Below, in pieces: positions 34,623 to 40,371 of a DNA stretch of 40,371 bases (position 1 is its first letter; each line of letters starts with the position of its first letter). This stretch comes from Planctomycetota bacterium. GTDB taxonomy: Bacteria; Planctomycetota; PLA2; JAEUHO01. The DNA is taken from contig CBDCWP010000020.1 in NCBI GenBank assembly GCA_965223505.1, positions 1-40,371 of the forward strand, written 5' to 3'. The notes beneath the pieces were generated by a model, which was not told where the DNA came from, searched no databases, and was given only the letters and a program-made list of their open reading frames with translations. Made by a program: the position numbers and the translations under genes.

Positions 34623-35918
34623 CTAGTAGAGCGCCCCTTCACCGTCGAACACGAGCGGCATGAGGGAGATCTCGTCCGGCTCCGGCCGGCCGGTCTCTCG
34701 GTGCCAGCGGCGCACCTCGGCGTCGACGAGCACCCGCGACGTGTGCGGGCTGTCGACCCCTTCGGCGTTCTTGACGGGCGCGAACTCCCACGCGCGCTGC
34801 ACCTCGTGCACCTCGAGCCGCGGCGCCTCCGGGAACACGTCGAAGATGAAGCGCTCGAACTTCGTGGCGTTCGGCGCGTCGGGCTCCACCCGCCCGGTCT
34901 CGGCGGCCCAGAACGGGACCTTCTTTCGCGCGCGGTGAAGCGGCAGGTCGTAGTCGCCCGCCATGAGGTCGTGCAGCCAGCGGACCGAAAACGCATGGAT
35001 CGCAATCGATCCGAGCGTGAGGTCTTCCGCGCCCCCGTCGGGCAGCTCGCTGTACTCGACGATGCGGTGCCGGCCCTGCAGGTCGCGCGCGAAGACCCCC
35101 ACGGCCTCGTCGGGGCTCGACTTCGCGACCGCCTTGCTCACGACGTGCGCCTTGCGGTCCACCATCCAGCCGAGCATCACGGGGTCAAGGGGCCGGCCGA
35201 GCGGATTGTCCACTTGGAACGTCGTCAACACGTCGACGTCCGCCGCGAGGAGGTCCGCCAGCGCGCCCGAGTCCCACAGGGCCTGCGCGCCGCCGCCGTG
35301 GCCGTCGGGCGCCATGGCAAGCTCACCCTCCTCCGCCAGGATCGCGCGGCCGTCGTCGTCCAGGCACGGCAGCTCCCCCTGCACGATGAAGTGGACCTGC
35401 GCCGGATCGAGACCCCAGTCCGCGGCGTCCTCGAACGCCTCGCGGGTCGCGGCCTCGGTCTGGCGGCTGACGAGCACGTAGTACGAGACCGGCGTTCCGC
35501 AGCGCCTGCCTACGGCGGCGACCCGCTCTCCCAGGATGCGATAGAGCGTGCGATCCGGCTGCGGGCCGAAGACGAAGGTGCCCTTCGGGCCGGGATGGCC
35601 GAGCCGTGTTCCCTGCCCGCCCGCCAACAAGAGCGTCGCGACGCGACCGCCGGCGAGCAGGCCTTCACCCAGCTTCGCCAGTCGGCGGCGCAGGCCGCCC
35701 TGGGCCTGCTGGCGCTTCCACTTGAGCGCGATGGGCGGTCGCAGCGGCGGCGGACCCTGCTCGGGTGTGTCGAGCGCCGCGCGCAGCAACGTCCACGGAT
35801 GCGCGGCCGCGGCGGTGAGGAACGCCGACGACGCGGCATCGTCCAGCGTCGCGGCATGCGCGACCAGATGCGTCTGGCCCGCGTCTTCGAGGATCTCGCG
35901 CGCCTCGCCGGGAGTCAC
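34623..35918 (-). CDS. UDPGP-family UDP-sugar pyrophosphorylase (UAP1-like, probably UDP-GlcNAc)
   Basis: LLAGGQGTRLG..GPKG, PDGHGG, VDNPL, VEYSE, KFERFIFD and EFAPVKN motifs. Confidence 0.88.
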   Translation of the reverse strand: MTPGEAREILEDAGQTHLVAHAATLDDAASSAFLTAAAAHPWTLLRAALDTPEQGPPPLRPPIALKWKRQQAQGGLRRRLAKLGEGLLAGGRVATLLLAGGQGTRLGHPGPKGTFVFGPQPDRTLYRILGERVAAVGRRCGTPVSYYVLVSRQTEAATREAFEDAADWGLDPAQVHFIVQGELPCLDDDGRAILAEEGELAMAPDGHGGGAQALWDSGALADLLAADVDVLTTFQVDNPLGRPLDPVMLGWMVDRKAHVVSKAVAKSSPDEAVGVFARDLQGRHRIVEYSELPDGGAEDLTLGSIAIHAFSVRWLHDLMAGDYDLPLHRARKKVPFWAAETGRVEPDAPNATKFERFIFDVFPEAPRLEVHEVQRAWEFAPVKNAEGVDSPHTSRVLVDAEVRRWHRETGRPEPDEISLMPLVFDGEGALY

Positions 35919-35927
35919 GCCGACCGC

Positions 35928-37187
35928 CTACGCGTACTTCTTGAAGGCGACCGTCACGTTGTGGCCCCCGAAGCCCAGGCTGTTGGACAGCGCCGCACGG
36001 ACCGGCATGTCCCGCGCCTCGTTGGGGACGTAGTCGAGATCGCACTCGGGGTCCGACTCCTCCTGGTTGATGGTCGGATGGACCCGATCCTCGGCGATCG
36101 AGAGCGTCGTGAAGACGGCTTCCACGCCGCCCGAGCCTCCCAGCACGTGCCCCACCATCGACTTGGACGACGAGATCGCCAGCTTCGAGGCGTGGTCGCC
36201 GAAGACGGCCTTCAGCGCGGCGGTCTCCGCCGCGTCGTTGAGGGCCGTCGAGGTGCCGTGGGCGTTGATGTAGTCGACGTCCTCGGGGTTCAGACCGGCG
36301 TCCTGCAGGGCGAGCTTCATCGCGCGCTGCGGGCCGATGCCGCCGGGTGCCGGCGCCGTCATGTGATGCGCGTCGGCCGACATGCCCGCGCCGACGACCT
36401 CGCAGTAGATGCGCGCGCCACGGGCCTTGGCCCGTTCCAGCTCCTCGAAGATGAGGATGCCGGCCCCCTCGCCCATCACGAACCCGTCGCGGTTCTTGTC
36501 GAACGGACGGCTGGCCGCCTTCGGATCGTCGTTGCGGCGCGACATCGCGCGCATCGCGTTGAATCCGGCCATGCCCATCGACGTGATCGTCGCCTCGGCG
36601 CCGCCCGTCAGACAGACGTCCTGCTCGCCGTCACGGATGCTGCGTAGCGCCAAGGCCATGGCGTGATTGCTCGACGCGCAGGCGGACGCGGTGATGTACG
36701 ACGGACCCTGGAGGTTGTAGCGAATGCTGAAGTTGCCGGCGATGGCGTTCGCCATCATCCGGGGCACGAAGAAGGCGCTCACCCGTCGCGGGCCCTTCTC
36801 CATGATCGTGGTGTGCGTGTTCTCGATCGAGTCGAGGCCGCCGATCCCGGTGCCGATGATCGTGCCGGCCATCTCGGGATCGAGCGAGTTGTCCGCCGGA
36901 TCACCGTTGCTCAAGCCGGCGTCCTTCATCGCCGCGTCGGCGGCGGCGATGCCGTAGATCGTCATCAGATCGAGCTTCTTGATGTCCCGGCGCTCGACGT
37001 AGTCCGTCGGCTCGAAGTTCTTGAGCTCGCCCGCGATGAGGCAGGGCATGTCCAGACCTTCGGCATCGAACCTCGTAATGAGATCCACACCGCTGCGGCC
37101 TTCGAGGAGCGCCTTCCAAGACGTCTCGACGTCGTTGCCGCAGGCGTTGACGGTACCAAGCCCCGTTATGACAACGCGGCGCGTCAT
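35928..37187 (-). CDS. fabF: 3-oxoacyl-ACP synthase II
   Basis: RRVVITGLG, SACAS, GFVMGEG, NAHGTST, KSMVGH and SNSLGFGG motifs. Confidence 0.96.
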   Translation of the reverse strand: MTRRVVITGLGTVNACGNDVETSWKALLEGRSGVDLITRFDAEGLDMPCLIAGELKNFEPTDYVERRDIKKLDLMTIYGIAAADAAMKDAGLSNGDPADNSLDPEMAGTIIGTGIGGLDSIENTHTTIMEKGPRRVSAFFVPRMMANAIAGNFSIRYNLQGPSYITASACASSNHAMALALRSIRDGEQDVCLTGGAEATITSMGMAGFNAMRAMSRRNDDPKAASRPFDKNRDGFVMGEGAGILIFEELERAKARGARIYCEVVGAGMSADAHHMTAPAPGGIGPQRAMKLALQDAGLNPEDVDYINAHGTSTALNDAAETAALKAVFGDHASKLAISSSKSMVGHVLGGSGGVEAVFTTLSIAEDRVHPTINQEESDPECDLDYVPNEARDMPVRAALSNSLGFGGHNVTVAFKKYA

Positions 37188-37192
37188 GGAGG

Positions 37193-37441
37193 CTAGTCCT
37201 TCTTCTTGGCGTTCGCCTCGATGTACCCGATGGCGTCACCGACGGTCTTGATCTTCTCGGCTTCCTCGTCCGGAATGCTGAGGTCGAACTCGTCCTCGAG
37301 CTCCATCACGAGCTCGACGGTGTCCAGGCTGTCGGCGCCGAGGTCGTTGATGAACGACGTCTCCTCGCTCACCTTGTCCTTGGGCTGCCCCATCTGCTCG
37401 CAAACGATCTCGATGACGCGGTCTTTCGTGCTACTGCCCAC
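37193..37441 (-). CDS. acpP: Acyl carrier protein
   Basis: [23 protein letters not shown] before GTG 37441. Confidence 0.96.
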   Translation of the reverse strand: MGSSTKDRVIEIVCEQMGQPKDKVSEETSFINDLGADSLDTVELVMELEDEFDLSIPDEEAEKIKTVGDAIGYIEANAKKKD

Positions 37442-37526
37442 GTACTCACTCCTTTGTGTCGAATCCGGGGTGCCTCGCTCGGGGCGCTGCCCGATGGTGA
37501 CACCCCCCAAGTTGCGGAACGTTGTC

Positions 37527-38267
37527 CTACATGACCATGCCGCCGTCCACAGGAATCACCTGTCCGGTGATGTATCCGGCTTCGGCGGAGGCAAGGAATA
37601 CCACCACTTCGGCGACGTCTTGAACGGTGCCCAGCCGTCCCAGCGGAATCCGGCCCTGAAGCTCGTCCGCCACCCCGCCCTCCAGGGCCGCGGTCATGTC
37701 GGTCTGGATGAACCCCGGGGCCACCGCGTTCACCGTCACGCCGCGGCCGGCCAGCTCCTTCGCCACGGCCTTGGTGAAGGCGATGATGCCGCCCTTGCTC
37801 GCGGCGTAGTTGGCCTGGCCCGCATTTCCGGTCATGCCGACGACCGAGGTGATGTTGATCAGGCGCCCGCGCCGGCTCTTCATGAGCCGCCGTGTGGCCG
37901 CCCGGGTCAGGTAGAAGGCGCCCGAGAGGTTGACACTGAGCACGTCGGCCCAGTCTTCGTCCTTCATCCGCATCAGTAGGCCGTCGCGGGTGATGCCGGC
38001 GTTGTTGACCAGCACGTCCAGCCCGCCGCCGTGCTCGGCCGCGGCCTCCACCGCCGCCTTGGCGCTCTCGGGGTCGGAGACGTCGGCCTGGACGAAGTGG
38101 CAGGCGTCCGGCGCGCCGGACTCGGCGATCGCCTCGGCTGCGGCCGCCTCGTTGGTGCCGGTGAGCGTGACGGTGGCGCCGCGGCTCGCGAATGCCTTGA
38201 CGAGCCCCCGGCCGATGCCGCGGGTGCCGCCCGTGACGAGCACGGATACGCCTTCGAAGTCGTTCAT
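37527..38267 (-). CDS. fabG: 3-oxoacyl-ACP reductase
   Basis: [21 protein letters not shown] and [13 protein letters not shown] overlap with fabD. Confidence 0.96.
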   Translation of the reverse strand: MNDFEGVSVLVTGGTRGIGRGLVKAFASRGATVTLTGTNEAAAAEAIAESGAPDACHFVQADVSDPESAKAAVEAAAEHGGGLDVLVNNAGITRDGLLMRMKDEDWADVLSVNLSGAFYLTRAATRRLMKSRRGRLINITSVVGMTGNAGQANYAASKGGIIAFTKAVAKELAGRGVTVNAVAPGFIQTDMTAALEGGVADELQGRIPLGRLGTVQDVAEVVVFLASAEAGYITGQVIPVDGGMVM

Positions 38268-39232
38268 GCGGGGTCTCCGGACGCTTCGGAAGCGGGCAGG
38301 AGCGCGTCCACGCTCTCCGCATCGTTCGCCGGCAGCGTCTCGATGTCTGTGTCGATGCGCCGGATCAGACCGGCGAGTACCCGTCCGGGCGCGGGCTCGA
38401 TGATGCGCTCGACGCCGAGGGAACGCGCGCTCTTCACGCACCGTACGAACTGCACGGGGCTCGTCACCTGCGCGATCAGGTTCGTCCGGATCTGATCGAC
38501 GTCGGTCGTCGGCTCCGCGGTCACGTTGGAGATGACCGGGACGCGCGGCGCCGCGAGGGTCACGTTCTCGAGAGCCTGCGCGAGGCGATCGGCGCCGGGT
38601 TGCATCAGCGTGCTGTGGAACGCGCCGGCGACCGGCAGCCGCGTCGGACGGCGAACGCCCTGCTCTTTGGCAATGCGCTCCGCGGCGTCGAGCGACGGGA
38701 CGTCACCGCTGATGACGACCTGGCCCGGCGCGTTGAGGTTCGCGACGCTGCAGACGCCTCCCGTCTCTTCCCGCGCCGCCGTGCAAACGGCTTCCGCCTC
38801 GTCCGTCTCGCAGCGCAGCGCGATCATGCCCGAGGCCACCGCCTCGCTGGCCACCTGCATGCCGAGGCCGCGCTCGCGCACGAGCATCAGGGCGTCCTCG
38901 AGCGAAAGTGCGCCCGCCGCGTACAGCGCCGTGAACTCGCCGAGCGAGAGGCCGAAGCAGGCGCCGAGCTTCGATTCGTCGAGCGCGCCGGCGGCGCGCA
39001 GCGCCTCGGTGACCGCGGCGCCCACGGCCAGGATGGCGGGCTGCTGCAGGTCGGTCCGGACCAGCTCGCTGTCGGGGCCGTCGCGGCAGACCGCCAACAG
39101 GTCGAGACCGAGCGCCTGCGACGCGCGGTCGAAGACCTCGCGTGCGGCGGGATGTGCGTCGGCGACGTCGGCGCCCATGCCGACGTGCTGCGCTCCCTGT
39201 CCGGGAAACGCCAAGGCCCAGCATGCGCTCAT
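38264..39232 (-). CDS. fabD: Malonyl-CoA:ACP transacylase
   Basis: FPGQGAQ, QPAI, GLSLGE, NAPGQVVISG and AFHS motifs. Confidence 0.95.
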   Translation of the reverse strand: MSACWALAFPGQGAQHVGMGADVADAHPAAREVFDRASQALGLDLLAVCRDGPDSELVRTDLQQPAILAVGAAVTEALRAAGALDESKLGACFGLSLGEFTALYAAGALSLEDALMLVRERGLGMQVASEAVASGMIALRCETDEAEAVCTAAREETGGVCSVANLNAPGQVVISGDVPSLDAAERIAKEQGVRRPTRLPVAGAFHSTLMQPGADRLAQALENVTLAAPRVPVISNVTAEPTTDVDQIRTNLIAQVTSPVQFVRCVKSARSLGVERIIEPAPGRVLAGLIRRIDTDIETLPANDAESVDALLPASEASGDPA

Positions 39233-40221
39233 GCGCCCTCCGCGGTTGCTGTCGGCGACAAGGCGTCGACGATGCGGCCGCCCACGTCGTTGACGATGTA
39301 GCCGTGGATGGCGCGCACGCCGCTACGGAACGCGTGCGGACCCGAGCGGCCGTGACCGATGATGTACCCGCCGTCGAGTCCGAGCAGCGGCGCACCGCCG
39401 TACTCCGAATAGTCCGCGCGGGCCGCGACGGCACCGAGGATCTTCCCGGCGAGCTCGGGCTGACTCGCAAGCTCCGTCTTGAGCGTGCGCAAGATGAACT
39501 CGCCCATGCCCTCGGCGGCCTTCAACGCGATGTTGCCCGTGAAGCCGTCGGTGACGACGACGTCGGCGCGGTCCTCGAAGCACTCGCGCGGCTCGACGTT
39601 GCCCACGAAACCCGGGACGGGATTGTCGCGAAACACCTCCCAGGTCTCCGCGACGAGCCGGTTGCCCTTGTGCTCTTCTTCGCCGATGGACAGGATGCCT
39701 ACGCGCGGCGACGTGACGCCCAGCGCGTGCTTGACGTAGTGCGACGCCATGATCGCGTACTGATGCATGTGCACCGGCTTGGCTTCGGGATTGGCGCCGC
39801 CGTCGATCACGATCGTGACGCCGTTCGGGCGCGGAAACGGAACGGCGATCCCGAGCCGCTTCACCCCCTCGAGCCGCCGGCACCAGAGCGTGGCCGCCGC
39901 GACCGCGGCGCCCGTCGAGCCCATGGTGACGACGCCGCTGACCTCTCCGTGGCGCAGCAGCTCGGCGCAAACGCGCGGGCTGTTGTCTTTGGTCGAACGC
40001 ACCGCGCGCACCGGATCCTCGCTGGACCCGAGCGGCTTCGCATCGCGGACGACGATGCGGTCCGCGTCCGACTCGTGGCGCGCCAGCTCACCCTCGATCT
40101 GCGCGCGATCGCCGACGAGCACGATCTCGACGTCGTCGAAGTCGCCCAGGGCGCGTAGCGCGCCCTCCACCTGGGGCGCCGGCGCCGCATCGCCGCCCAT
40201 GGCGTCAATGGCGATGCGCAT
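39229..40221 (-). CDS. plsX: Phosphate acyltransferase PlsX
   Basis: IAIDAMGGD, IGEEEHKG, DGFTGNIALK, GGAPLLG and HGRS motifs. Confidence 0.95.
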   Translation of the reverse strand: MRIAIDAMGGDAAPAPQVEGALRALGDFDDVEIVLVGDRAQIEGELARHESDADRIVVRDAKPLGSSEDPVRAVRSTKDNSPRVCAELLRHGEVSGVVTMGSTGAAVAAATLWCRRLEGVKRLGIAVPFPRPNGVTIVIDGGANPEAKPVHMHQYAIMASHYVKHALGVTSPRVGILSIGEEEHKGNRLVAETWEVFRDNPVPGFVGNVEPRECFEDRADVVVTDGFTGNIALKAAEGMGEFILRTLKTELASQPELAGKILGAVAARADYSEYGGAPLLGLDGGYIIGHGRSGPHAFRSGVRAIHGYIVNDVGGRIVDALSPTATAEGA

Positions 40222-40227
40222 GGCGCG

Positions 40228-40371
40228 TTAGTCTTCTTTGTCGATGACGGCGCGGCCTGCGTAGTACCCGCAGTTCTTGCAGACGCGATGGCCGGGGCCC
40301 ATGTAGCCGCAGCGGTCGCAGGCGCGCAGGTTCTTCGGGGTCAACGCGTGGTGCGAGGCGCGCATGCGCGT
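40228..40371 (-). CDS. rpmF: 50S ribosomal protein L32, zinc-ribbon form (5' end outside window)
   Basis: Translated by hand: TRMRASHHALTPKNLRACDRCGYMGPGHRVCKNCGYYAGRAVIDKED*. Directly upstream of plsX. Confidence 0.93.
   Translation of the reverse strand, partial: TRMRASHHALTPKNLRACDRCGYMGPGHRVCKNCGYYAGRAVIDKED

Noticed and set aside
38930..38960. Inactive FabD because of GLSLG instead of GHSLG
   Set aside because: The catalytic Ser and the AFHS His are intact, and GLSLGE is a known natural variant.
24..40231. Many long antisense or alternate-frame ORFs (e.g. 1901-4234, 7929-10091, 34593-36647)
   Set aside because: Shadow ORFs typical of high-GC DNA; they overlap well-supported genes and lack motifs.

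Overview
High-GC bacterial DNA, probably Planctomycetota (inferred from the UAP-type sugar pyrophosphorylase, HEAT/VWA/TPR exported proteins and a multiheme lipoprotein). Left arm: rseP and dxr (-), purM (+), then a long + strand run: DUF58, transglutaminase-like protein, CCA-type nucleotidyltransferase, HEAT protein, ABC ATPase, pentaheme cytochrome c lipoprotein, HEAT lipoprotein, TPR protein, degenerate hydrolase-like protein and membrane-fused spermidine-synthase-like protein. Right arm (-): rpmF-plsX-fabD-fabG-acpP-fabF, UDP-sugar pyrophosphorylase, ddl, cupin, an exported protein, pepA, DHH phosphoesterase, HEAT-VWA protein and tetR-dinB. The main accessory feature lies where the arms converge: a complete 2326-bp IS1-family cargo element (20987-23312) with 21-bp imperfect terminal inverted repeats and an 8-bp GTAAGAAA target duplication. 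It carries a small basic protein and a three-gene cassette (DUF3467-like, acidic protein, divergent MazF/PemK-like protein) ahead of the DDE transposase. A structured 4 x 132-bp tandem array follows. Four apparent single-base insertions break or fuse genes, so the 1387-aa ORF is most likely not a real protein.
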